DNA from: Auanema rhodensis
Taxonomy: Eukaryota; Animalia; Nematoda
Direction of reading: 5' to 3'
NCBI GenBank assembly: GCA_964057225.1
Contig: OZ059894.1
Location: 12,896,001 to 12,960,000, forward strand
Length of the DNA stretch: 64,000 bases
Below, one piece after another: positions 50,701-64,000 of the stretch. The translations under genes and the position numbers were made by a program. How positions within the stretch are numbered: position 1 is the stretch's first letter; each line of letters begins with the position of its first letter. Under the pieces are notes generated by a model, which worked only from the letters and a program-made list of their open reading frames with translations, did not search any database and was not told where the DNA came from.

Positions 50701-53700
50701 AAAACTATTGTAAAAATTTGAGATTGTTTCAAAATACGTGATTTAATGAAGAAAATAGAGTAAAATGAATTGGAAAATTATAAAATATTTTCATGTTTTA
50801 TTTTTTTAGTATCAGAAAATTCAAATTAAGATCGTTTTTAATGTTTCAAATCTTAATGAACGAATGAATTGTTTCAAAACTATTGTAAAAATATGAGATT
50901 GTTTCAAAATACGTGATTAAATGAAGAAAATGGAGTAAAATGAATTGGAAAATTATAAAATATTTTCATTTTTTATTTCTTGAGTATCAAAATATTCAAA
51001 ATTATATGTTTTTTACTGTTAAAAACATTATTAACTGGATGATTTGTTTGGAAATTATTGTAAAAATATGAGATTGTTTCAAAATACGTGATTAAATGAA
51101 GAAAATGGAGCAAAATGAATTGGAAAATTATAAAATATTTTCATGTTTTATTTCTTGAGTATCAAAATATTTAAACTTTTTTTTTTCACTGTTTAAAATC
51201 TTACAGAACGAATGAATTGTTTCAAAACTATTGTAAAAATTTGAGATTGTTTCAAAATTTGTGATTAAATGAAGAAAATGGAGTAAAATGAATTGGAAAA
51301 TTATAAAATATTTCCATGTTTTATTTTCTTAGTATCAGAAAATTCAAATTAAGATCGTTTTTAATGTTTCAAATCTTAATGAACGAATGAATTGTTTCAA
51401 AACTATTGTAAAAATATGAGATTGTTTCAAAATACGTGATTAAATGAAGAAAATGGAGTAAAATGAATTGGAAAATTATAAAATATTTCCATGTTTTATT
51501 TTCTTAGTATCAGAAAATTCAAATTAAGATCGTTTTTAATGTTTCAAATCTTAATGAACGAATGAATTGTTTCAAAACTATTGTAAAAATATGAGATTAA
51601 TTCAAAATACGTGATTAAATGAAGAAAATGGAGTAAAATGAATTGGAAAATTATAAAATATTTTCATGTTTTATTTCTTGAGTTTCAAAATATTCAAACT
51701 TTTTTTTTTCACTGTTTAAAATCTTAATGAACGAATGAATTGTTTCAAAACTATTGTAAAAATATGAGATTGTTTCAAAATACGTGATTAAATGAAGAAA
51801 ATGGAGTAAAATGAATTGGAAAATTATAAAATATTTTCATGTTTTATTTCTTGAGTTTCAAAATATTCAAACTTTTTTTTTTCACTGTTTAAAATCTTAA
51901 TTAACGAATGAATTGTTTCAAAACTATTGTAAAAATATGAGATTGTTTCAAAATACGTGATTAAATGAAGAAAATGGAGTAAAATGAATTGGAAAATTAT
52001 AAAATATTTCCATGTTTTATTTTTTTAGTATCAGAAAATTCAAATTAAGATCGTTTTTAATGTTTCAAATCTCAATGAACGAATGAATTGTTTCAAAACT
52101 ATTGTAAAAATATGAGATTGTTTCAAAATACGTGATTAAATGAAGAAAATGGAGCAAAATGAATTGGAAAATTATAAAATATTTTCATGTTTTATTTCTT
52201 GAGTATCAAAATATTTAAACTTTTTTTTTTCACTGTTTAAAATCTTAATGAACGAATGAATTGTTTCAAAACTATTGTAAAAATATGAGATTGTTTCAAA
52301 ATACGTGATTAAATGAAGAAAATGGAGTAAAATGAATTGGAAAATTATAAAATATTTTCATGTTTTATTTCTTGAGTTTCAAAATATTCAAACTTTTTTT
52401 TTTCACTGTTTAAAATCTTACAGAACGAATGAATTGTTTCAAAACTATTGTAAAAATTTGAGATTGTTTCAAAATACGTGATTAAATGAAGAAAATGGAG
52501 TAAAATGAATTGGAAAATTATAAAATATTTCCATGTTTTATTTTCTTAGTATCAGAAAATTCAAATTAAGATCGTTTTTAATGTTTCAAATCTTAATGAA
52601 CGAATGAATTGTTTCAAAACTATTGTAAAAATATGAGATTAATTCAAAATACGTGATTAAATGAAGAAAATGGAGTAAAATGAATTGGAAAATTATAAAA
52701 TATTTTCATGTTTTATTTCTTGAGTTTCAAAATATTCAAACTTTTTTTTTTCACTGTTTAAAATCTTAATGAACGAATGAATTGTTTCAAAACTATTGTA
52801 AAAATATGAGATTGTTTCAAAATACGTGATTAAATGAAGAAAATGGAGTAAAATGAATTGGAAAACTATAAAATATTTTCATGTTTTATTTCTTGAGTTT
52901 CAAAATATTCAAACTTTTTTTTTTCACTGTTTAAAATCTTAATTAACGAATGAATTGTTTCAAAACTATTGTAAAAATATGAGATTGTTTCAAAATACGT
53001 GATTAAATGAAGAAAATGGAGTAAAATGAATTGGAAAATTATAAAATATTTCCATGTTTTATTTTTTTAGTATCAGAAAATTCAAATTAAGATCGTTTTT
53101 AATGTTTAAAATCTTACAGAACGAATGAATTGTTTCAAAACTATTGTAAAAATATGAGATTGTTTCAAAATACGTGATTAAATGAAGAAAATGGAGTAAA
53201 ATGAATTGGAAACTTATAAAATATTTCCATGTTTTATTTTCTTAGTATCAGAAAATTCAAATTAAGATCGTTTTCAATGTTTCAAATCTTAATGAACGAA
53301 TTAATCGTTTCAAAACTATTGTAAAAATATGAGATTGTTTCAAAATACGTGATTAAATGAAGAAAATAGAGTAAAATGAATTGGAATATTATAAAATATT
53401 TTCATGTTTTATTTTGTTAGTATCAGAAAATTCAAATTAAGATCGTTTTTAATGTTTCAAATCTCAATGAACGAATGAATTGTTTCAAAACTATTGTAAA
53501 AATATGAGATTGTTTCAAAATACGTGATTAAATGAAGAAAATGGAGTAAAATGAATTGGAAAATTATAAAATATTTTCATGTTTTATTTCTTGAGTTTCA
53601 AAATATTCAAACTTTTTTTTTTCACTGTTTAAAATCTTAATGAACGAATGAATTGTTTCAAAACTATTGTAAAAATATGAGATTGTTTCAAAATACGTGA

Positions 53701-56700
53701 TTAAATGAAGAAAATGGAGTAAAATGAATTGGAAACTTATAAAATATTTCCATGTTTTATTTTCTTAGTATCAGAAAATTCAAATTAAGATCGTTTTCAA
53801 TGTTTCAAATCTTAATGAACGAATTAATCGTTTCAAAACTATTGTAAAAATATGAGATTGTTTCAAAATACGTGATTAAATGAAGAAAATAGAGTAAAAT
53901 GAATTGGAATATTATAAAATATTTTCATGTTTTATTTCTTGAGTATCAAAATATTCAAACTTTTTTTTTTCACTGTTTAAAATCTTAATGAACGAATGAA
54001 TTGTTTCAAAACTATTGTAAAAATATGAGATTGTTTCAAAATACGTGATTAAATGAAGGAAATGGAGTAAAATGAATTGGAAAATTATAAAATATTTTCA
54101 TGTTTTATTTCTTGAGTTTCAAAATATTCAAACTTTTTTTTTTCACTGTTTAAAATCTTAATGAACGAATGAATTGTTTCAAAACTATTGTAAAAATATG
54201 AGATTGTTTCAAAATACGTGATTAAATGAAGAAAATGGAGTAAAATGAATTGGAAAATTATAAAATATTTCCATGTTTTATTTTTTTAGTATCAGAAAAT
54301 TCAAATTAAGATCGTTTTTAATGTTTCAAATCTCAATGAACGAATGAATTGTTTCAAAACTATTGTAAAAATATGAGATTGTTTCAAAATACGTGATTAA
54401 ATGAAGAAAATGGAGTAAAATGAATTGGAAAATTATAAAATATTTTCATGTTTTATTTTTTTAGTATCAGAAAATTCAAATTAAGATCGTTTTCACTGTT
54501 TAAAATCTTAATGAACGAATGAATTGTTTCAAAACTATTGTAAAAATATGAGATTGTTTCAAAATACGTGATTAAATGAAGAAAATGGAGTAAAATGAAT
54601 TGGAAAATTATAAAATATTTCCATGTTTTATTTTCTTAGTATCAGAAAATTCAAATTAAGATCGTTTTCAATGTTTCAAATCTTAATGAACGAATTAATC
54701 GTTTCAAAACTATTGTAAAAATATGAGATTGTTTCAAAATACGTGATTAAATGAAGAAAATAGAGTAAAATGAATTGGAATATTATAAAATATTTTCATG
54801 TTTTATTTCTTGAGTATCAAAATATTCAAACTTTTTTTTTTCACTGTTTAAAATCTTAATGAACGAATGAATTGTTTCAAAACTATTGTAAAAATATGAG
54901 ATTGTTTCAAAATACGTGATTAAATGAAGAAAATGGAGTAAAATGAATTGGAAACTTATAAAATATTTCCATGTTTTATTTTCTTAGTATCAGAAAATTC
55001 AAATTAAGATCGTTTTCAATGTTTCAAATCTTAATGAACGAATTAATCGTTTCAAAACTATTGTAAAAATATGAGATTGTTTCAAAATACGTGATTAAAT
55101 GAAGAAAATAGAGTAAAATGAATTGGAATATTATAAAATATTTTCATGTTTTATTTCTTGAGTATCAAAATATTCAAACTTTTTTTTTTCACTGTTTAAA
55201 ATCTTAATGAACGAATGAATTGTTTCAAAACTATTGTAAAAATATGAGATTGTTTCAAAATACGTGATTAAATGAAGGAAATGGAGTAAAATGAATTGGA
55301 AAATTATAAAATATTTTCATGTTTTATTTCTTGAGTTTCAAAATATTCAAACTTTTTTTTTTCACTGTTTAAAATCTTAATGAACGAATGAATTGTTTCA
55401 AAACTATTGTAAAAATTTGAGATTGTTTCAAAATACGTGATTAAATGAAGAAAATGGAGTAAAATGAATTGGAAAATTATAAAATATTTCCATGTTTTAT
55501 TTTTTTAGTATCAGAAAATTCAAATTAAGATCGTTTTTAATGTTTCAAATCTCAATGAACGAATGAATTGTTTCAAAACTATTGTAAAAATATGAGATTG
55601 TTTCAAAATACGTGATTAAATGAAGAAAATGGAGCAAAATGAATTGGAAAATTATAAAATATTTTCATGTTTTATTTCTTGAGTATCAAAATATTTAAAC
55701 TTTTTTTTTTCACTGTTTAAAATCTTAATGAACGAATGAATTGTTTCAAAACTATTGTAAAAATATGAGATTGTTTCAAAATACGTGATTAAATGAAGAA
55801 AATGGAGTAAAATGAATTGGAAAATTATAAAATATTTTCATGTTTTATTTCTTGAGTTTCAAAATATTCAAACTTTTTTTTTTCACTGTTTAAAATCTTA
55901 CAGAACGAATGAATTGTTTCAAAACTATTGTAAAAATTTGAGATTGTTTCAAAATACGTGATTAAATGAAGAAAATGGAGTAAAATGAATTGGAAAATTA
56001 TAAAATATTTCCATGTTTTATTTTCTTAGTATCAGAAAATTCGAATTAAGATCGTTTTCAATGTTTCAAATCTTAATGAACGAATTAATTGTTTCAAAAC
56101 TATTGTAAAAATATGAGATTGTTTCAAAATACGTGATTAAATGAAGAAAATGGAGTAAAATGAATTGGAAAATTATAAAATATTTCCATGTTTTATTTTG
56201 TTAGTATCAGAAAATTCAAATTAAGATCGTTTTTAATGTTTCAAATCTCAATGAACGAATGAATTGTTTCAAAACTATTGTAAAAATATGAGATTGTTTC
56301 AAAATACGTGATTAAATGAAGAAAATGGAGTAAAATGAATTGGAAAATTATAAAATATTTTCATGTTTTATTTCTTGAGTTTCAAAATATTCAAACTTTT
56401 TTTTTCACTGTTTAAAATCTTAATGAACGAATGAATTGTTTCAAAACTATTGTAAAAATATGAGATTGTTTCAAAATACGTGATTAAATGAAGAAAATGG
56501 AGTAAAATGAATTGGAAACTTATAAAATATTTCCATGTTTTATTTTCTTAGTATCAGAAAATTCAAATTAAGATCGTTTTCAATGTTTCAAATCTTAATG
56601 AACGAATTAATCGTTTCAAAACTATTGTAAAAATATGAGATTGTTTCAAAATACGTGATTAAATGAAGAAAATAGAGTAAAATGAATTGGAATATTATAA

Positions 56701-59700
56701 AATATTTTCATGTTTTATTTCTTGAGTATCAAAATATTCAAACTTTTTTTTTTCACTGTTTAAAATCTTAATGAACGAATGAATTGTTTCAAAACTATTG
56801 TAAAAATATGAGATTGTTTCAAAATACGTGATTAAATGAAGGAAATGGAGTAAAATGAATTGGAAAATTATAAAATATTTTCATGTTTTATTTCTTGAGT
56901 TTCAAAATATTCAAACTTTTTTTTTTCACTGTTTAAAATCTTAATGAACGAATGAATTGTTTCAAAACTATTGTAAAAATATGAGATTGTTTCAAAATAC
57001 GTGATTAAATGAAGAAAATGGAGTAAAATGAATTGGAAAATTATAAAATATTTCCATGTTTTATTTTTTTAGTATCAGAAAATTCAAATTAAGATCGTTT
57101 TTAATGTTTCAAATCTCAATGAACGAATGAATTGTTTCAAAACTATTGTAAAAATATGAGATTGTTTCAAAATACGTGATTAAATGAAGAAAATGGAGTA
57201 AAATGAATTGGAAAATTATAAAATATTTTCATGTTTTATTTTTTTAGTATCAGAAAATTCAAATTAAGATCGTTTTCACTGTTTAAAATCTTAATGAACG
57301 AATGAATTGTTTCAAAACTATTGTAAAAATATGAGATTGTTTCAAAATACGTGATTAAATGAAGAAAATGGAGTAAAATGAATTGGAAAATTATAAAATA
57401 TTTCCATGTTTTATTTTCTTAGTATCAGAAAATTCAAATTAAGATCGTTTTCAATGTTTCAAATCTTAATGAACGAATTAATCGTTTCAAAACTATTGTA
57501 AAAATATGAGATTGTTTCAAAATACGTGATTAAATGAAGAAAATAGAGTAAAATGAATTGGAATATTATAAAATATTTTCATGTTTTATTTCTTGAGTAT
57601 CAAAATATTCAAACTTTTTTTTTTCACTGTTTAAAATCTTAATGAACGAATGAATTGTTTCAAAACTATTGTAAAAATATGAGATTGTTTCAAAATACGT
57701 GATTAAATGAAGGAAATGGAGTAAAATGAATTGGAAAATTATAAAATATTTTCATGTTTTATTTCTTGAGTTTCAAAATATTCAAACTTTTTTTTTTCAC
57801 TGTTTAAAATCTTAATGAACGAATGAATTGTTTCAAAACTATTGTAAAAATTTGAGATTGTTTCAAAATACGTGATTAAATGAAGAAAATGGAGTAAAAT
57901 GAATTGGAAAATTATAAAATATTTCCATGTTTTATTTTTTTAGTATCAGAAAATTCAAATTAAGATCGTTTTTAATGTTTCAAATCTCAATGAACGAATG
58001 AATTGTTTCAAAACTATTGTAAAAATATGAGATTGTTTCAAAATACGTGATTAAATGAAGAAAATGGAGTAAAATGAATTGGAAAATTATAAAATATTTT
58101 CATGTTTTATTTCTTGAGTTTCAAAATATTCAAACTTTTTTTTTTCACTGTTTAAAATCTTAATGAACGAATGAATTGTTTCAAAACTATTGTAAAAATT
58201 TGAGATTGTTTCAAAATACGTGATTTAATGAAGAAAATAGAGTAAAATGAATTGGAAAATTATAAAATATTTTCATGTTTTATTTTTTTAGTATCAGAAA
58301 ATTCAAATTAAGATCGTTTTTAATGTTTCAAATCTTAATGAACGAATGAATTGTTTCAAAACTATTGTAAAAATATGAGATTGTTTCAAAATACGTGATT
58401 AAATGAAGAAAATGGAGTAAAATGAATTGGAAAATTATAAAATATTTTCATTTTTTATTTCTTGAGTATCAAAATATTCAAAATTATATGTTTTTTACTG
58501 TTAAAAACATTATTAACTGGATGATTTGTTTGGAAATTATTGTAAAAATATGAGATTGTTTCAAAATACGTGATTAAATGAAGAAAATGGAGCAAAATGA
58601 ATTGGAAAATTATAAAATATTTTCATGTTTTATTTCTTGAGTATCAAAATATTTAAACTTTTTTTTTTCACTGTTTAAAATCTTACAGAACGAATGAATT
58701 GTTTCAAAACTATTGTAAAAATTTGAGATTGTTTCAAAATTTGTGATTAAATGAAGAAAATGGAGTAAAATGAATTGGAAAATTATAAAATATTTCCATG
58801 TTTTATTTTCTTAGTATCAGAAAATTCAAATTAAGATCGTTTTTAATGTTTCAAATCTTAATGAACGAATGAATTGTTTCAAAACTATTGTAAAAATATG
58901 AGATTGTTTCAAAATACGTGATTAAATGAAGAAAATGGAGTAAAATGAATTGGAAAATTATAAAATATTTCCATGTTTTATTTTCTTAGTATCAGAAAAT
59001 TCAAATTAAGATCGTTTTTAATGTTTCAAATCTTAATGAACGAATGAATTGTTTCAAAACTATTGTAAAAATATGAGATTAATTCAAAATACGTGATTAA
59101 ATGAAGAAAATGGAGTAAAATGAATTGGAAAATTATAAAATATTTTCATGTTTTATTTCTTGAGTTTCAAAATATTCAAACTTTTTTTTTTCACTGTTTA
59201 AAATCTTAATGAACGAATGAATTGTTTCAAAACTATTGTAAAAATATGAGATTGTTTCAAAATACGTGATTAAATGAAGAAAATGGAGTAAAATGAATTG
59301 GAAAATTATAAAATATTTTCATGTTTTATTTCTTGAGTTTCAAAATATTCAAACTTTTTTTTTTCACTGTTTAAAATCTTAATTAACGAATGAATTGTTT
59401 CAAAACTATTGTAAAAATATGAGATTGTTTCAAAATACGTGATTAAATGAAGAAAATGGAGTAAAATGAATTGGAAAATTATAAAATATTTCCATGTTTT
59501 ATTTTTTTAGTATCAGAAAATTCAAATTAAGATCGTTTTTAATGTTTCAAATCTCAATGAACGAATGAATTGTTTCAAAACTATTGTAAAAATATGAGAT
59601 TGTTTCAAAATACGTGATTAAATGAAGAAAATGGAGCAAAATGAATTGGAAAATTATAAAATATTTTCATGTTTTATTTCTTGAGTATCAAAATATTTAA

Positions 59701-62700
59701 ACTTTTTTTTTTCACTGTTTAAAATCTTAATGAACGAATGAATTGTTTCAAAACTATTGTAAAAATATGAGATTGTTTCAAAATACGTGATTAAATGAAG
59801 AAAATGGAGTAAAATGAATTGGAAAATTATAAAATATTTTCATGTTTTATTTCTTGAGTTTCAAAATATTCAAACTTTTTTTTTTCACTGTTTAAAATCT
59901 TACAGAACGAATGAATTGTTTCAAAACTATTGTAAAAATTTGAGATTGTTTCAAAATACGTGATTAAATGAAGAAAATGGAGTAAAATGAATTGGAAAAT
60001 TATAAAATATTTCCATGTTTTATTTTCTTAGTATCAGAAAATTCAAATTAAGATCGTTTTTAATGTTTCAAATCTTAATGAACGAATGAATTGTTTCAAA
60101 ACTATTGTAAAAATATGAGATTAATTCAAAATACGTGATTAAATGAAGAAAATGGAGTAAAATGAATTGGAAAATTATAAAATATTTTCATGTTTTATTT
60201 CTTGAGTTTCAAAATATTCAAACTTTTTTTTTTCACTGTTTAAAATCTTAATGAACGAATGAATTGTTTCAAAACTATTGTAAAAATATGAGATTGTTTC
60301 AAAATACGTGATTAAATGAAGAAAATGGAGTAAAATGAATTGGAAAATTATAAAATATTTTCATGTTTTATTTCTTGAGTTTCAAAATATTCAAACTTTT
60401 TTTTTTCACTGTTTAAAATCTTAATTAACGAATGAATTGTTTCAAAACTATTGTAAAAATATGAGATTGTTTCAAAATACGTGATTAAATGAAGAAAATG
60501 GAGCAAAATGAATTGGAAAATTATAAAATATTTTCATGTTTTATTTCTTGAGTATCAAAATATTTAAACTTTTTTTTTTCACTGTTTAAAATCTTAATGA
60601 ACGAATGAATTGTTTCAAAACTATTGTAAAAATATGAGATTGTTTCAAAATACGTGATTAAATGAAGAAAATGGAGTAAAATGAATTGGAAAATTATAAA
60701 ATATTTTCATGTTTTATTTCTTGAGTTTCAAAATATTCAAACTTTTTTTTTTCACTGTTTAAAATCTTACAGAACGAATGAATTGTTTCAAAACTATTGT
60801 AAAAATTTGAGATTGTTTCAAAATACGTGATTAAATGAAGAAAATGGAGTAAAATGAATTGGAAAATTATAAAATATTTCCATGTTTTATTTTCTTAGTA
60901 TCAGAAAATTCAAATTAAGATCGTTTTTAATGTTTCAAATCTTAATGAACGAATGAATTGTTTCAAAACTATTGTAAAAATATGAGATTAATTCAAAATA
61001 CGTGATGAAATGAAGAAAATGGAGTAAAATGAATTGGAAAATTATAAAATATTTTCATGTTTTATTTCTTGAGTTTCAAAATATTCAAACTTTTTTTTTT
61101 CACTGTTTAAAATCTTAATGAACGAATGAATTGTTTCAAAACTATTGTAAAAATATGAGATTGTTTCAAAATACGTGATTAAATGAAGAAAATGGAGTAA
61201 AATGAATTGGAAAATTATAAAATATTTTCATGTTTTATTTCTTGAGTTTCAAAATATTCAAACTTTTTTTTTTCACTGTTTAAAATCTTAATTAACGAAT
61301 GAATTGTTTCAAAACTATTGTAAAAATATGAGATTGTTTCAAAATACGTGATTAAATGAAGAAAATGGAGTAAAATGAATTGGAAAATTATAAAATATTT
61401 CCATGTTTTATTTTTTTAGTATCAGAAAATTCAAATTAAGATCGTTTTTAATGTTTCAAATCTCAATGAACGAATGAATTGTTTCAAAACTATTGTAAAA
61501 ATATGAGATTGTTTCAAAATACGTGATTAAATGAAGAAAATGGAGCAAAATGAATTGGAAAATTATAAAATATTTTCATGTTTTATTTCTTGAGTATCAA
61601 AATATTTAAACTTTTTTTTTTCACTGTTTAAAATCTTAATGAACGAATGAATTGTTTCAAAACTATTGTAAAAATATGAGATTGTTTCAAAATACGTGAT
61701 TAAATGAAGAAAATGGAGCAAAATGAATTGGAAAATTATAAAATATTTTCATGTTTTATTTCTTGAGTATCAAAATATTTAAACTTTTTTTTTTCACTGT
61801 TTAAAATCTTAATGAACGAATGAATTGTTTCAAAACTATTGTAAAAATATGAGATTGTTTCAAAATACGTGATTAAATGAAGAAAATGGAGTAAAATGAA
61901 TTGGAAACTTATAAAATATTTTCATGTTTTATTTTGTTAGTATCAGAAAATTCAAATTAAGATCGTTTTTAATGTTTCAAATCTCAATGAACGAATGAAT
62001 TGTTTCAAAACTATTGTAAAAATATGAGATTGTTTCAAAATACGTGATTAAATGAAGAAAATGGAGTAAAATGAATTGGAAAATTATAAAATATTTCCAT
62101 GTTTTATTTTGTTAGTATCAGAAAATTCAAATTAAGATCGTTTTTAATGTTTCAAATCTCAATGAACGAATGAATTGTTTCAAAACTATTGTAAAAATAT
62201 GAGATTGTTTCAAAATACGTGATTAAATGAAGAAAATGGAGTAAAATGAATTGGAAAATTATAAAATATTTTCATGTTTTATTTCTTGAGTTTCAAAATA
62301 TTCAAACTTTTTTTTTTCACTGTTTAAAATCTTAATGAACGAATGAATTGTTTCAAAACTATTGTAAAAATATGAGATTGTTTCAAAATACGTGATTAAA
62401 TGAAGAAAATGGAGTAAAATGAATTGGAAACTTATAAAATATTTCCATGTTTTATTTTCTTAGTATCAGAAAATTCAAATTAAGATCGTTTTCAATGTTT
62501 CAAATCTTAATGAACGAATTAATCGTTTCAAAACTATTGTAAAAATATGAGATTGTTTCAAAATACGTGATTAAATGAAGAAAATAGAGTAAAATGAATT
62601 GGAATATTATAAAATATTTTCATGTTTTATTTCTTGAGTATCAAAATATTCAAACTTTTTTTTTTCACTGTTTAAAATCTTAATGAACGAATGAATTGTT

Positions 62701-64000
62701 TCAAAACTATTGTAAAAATATGAGATTGTTTCAAAATACGTGATTAAATGAAGGAAATGGAGTAAAATGAATTGGAAAATTATAAAATATTTTCATGTTT
62801 TATTTCTTGAGTTTCAAAATATTCAAACTTTTTTTTTTCACTGTTTAAAATCTTAATGAACGAATGAATTGTTTCAAAACTATTGTAAAAATTTGAGATT
62901 GTTTCAAAATACGTGATTAAATGAAGAAAATGGAGTAAAATGAATTGGAAAATTATAAAATATTTCCATGTTTTATTTTTTTAGTATCAGAAAATTCAAA
63001 TTAAGATCGTTTTTAATGTTTCAAATCTCAATGAACGAATGAATTGTTTCAAAACTATTGTAAAAATATGAGATTGTTTCAAAATACGTGATTAAATGAA
63101 GAAAATGGAGTAAAATGAATTGGAAAATTATAAAATATTTTCATGTTTTATTTCTTGAGTTTCAAAATATTCAAACTTTTTTTTTTCACTGTTTAAAATC
63201 TTAATGAACGAATGAATTGTTTCAAAACTATTGTAAAAATTTGAGATTGTTTCAAAATACGTGATTAAATGAAGAAAATGGAGTAAAATGAATTGGAAAA
63301 TTATAAAATATTTCCATGTTTTATTTTTTTAGTATCAGAAAATTCAAATTAAGATCGTTTTTAATGTTTCAAATCTCAATGAACGAATGAATTGTTTCAA
63401 AACTATTGTAAAAATATGAGATTGTTTCAAAATACGTGATTAAATGAAGAAAATGGAGTAAAATGAATTGGAAAATTATAAAATATTTTCATTTTTTATT
63501 TCTTGAGTATCAAAATATTCAAAATTATATCTTTTTTACTGTTAAAAACATTATTAACTGGATGATTTGTTTGGAAATTATTGTAAAAATATGAGATTGT
63601 TTCAAAATACGTGATTAAATGAAGAAAATGGAGCAAAATGAATTGGAAAATTATAAAATATTTTCATGTTTTATTTCTTGAGTATCAAAATATTTAAACT
63701 TTTTTTTTCACTGTTTAAAATCTTACAGAACGAATGAATTGTTTCAAAACTATTGTAAAAATTTGAGATTGTTTCAAAATTTGTGATTAAATGAAGAAAA
63801 TGGAGTAAAATGAATTGGAAAATTATAAAATATTTCCATGTTTTATTTTCTTAGTATCAGAAAATTCAAATTAAGATCGTTTTTAATGTTTCAAATCTTA
63901 ATGAACGAATGAATTGTTTCAAAACTATTGTAAAAATATGAGATTGTTTCAAAATACGTGATTAAATGAAGAAAATGGAGTAAAATGAATTGGAAAATTA
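38756..64000. repeat. Same satellite array, right arm
   Basis: Same monomers and orientation as the left arm. It resumes mid-monomer exactly where the insertion interrupted it and runs off the window end. Confidence 0.99.

Noticed and set aside
1-64000. Calling the array centromeric or telomeric, or naming the host species
   Set aside because: No telomere repeats or recognisable CENP-B box were seen. Monomer length alone is insufficient, and the host assignment rests only on the element type.

Overview
Eukaryotic DNA, most likely nematode. About 54 kb is an AT-rich tandem satellite built from three monomer types (A 175 bp, B 173 bp, C 175 bp; roughly 310 copies), arranged as a degenerate 17-18-monomer higher-order repeat with many local duplications. 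The array is interrupted once by a complete, very young 9,967-bp BEL/Pao (Belpaoviridae) LTR retroelement on the minus strand (28789-38755). The element has 859-bp LTRs that differ at one site by eye, a 5-bp AAATG target-site duplication, and a single intact 2753-aa ORF: Gag-PR-RT-RNaseH-IN, a short Gn-like module, a phlebovirus Gc-like class II fusogen, and an unexplained 233-aa C-terminal domain. The most unusual signal is at the 5' LTR/PBS junction. The RNA carries an exact 18-nt complement of the 5' end of tRNA-Gly(GCC) in U5 and a PBS complementary to the 3' end of the same tRNA. A self-complementary spacer joins the two sites, and each site overlaps an in-frame start codon of the polyprotein. 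This looks like a two-sided tRNA clamp that could also act as a translation switch. All comparisons were made by eye; no searches were run.
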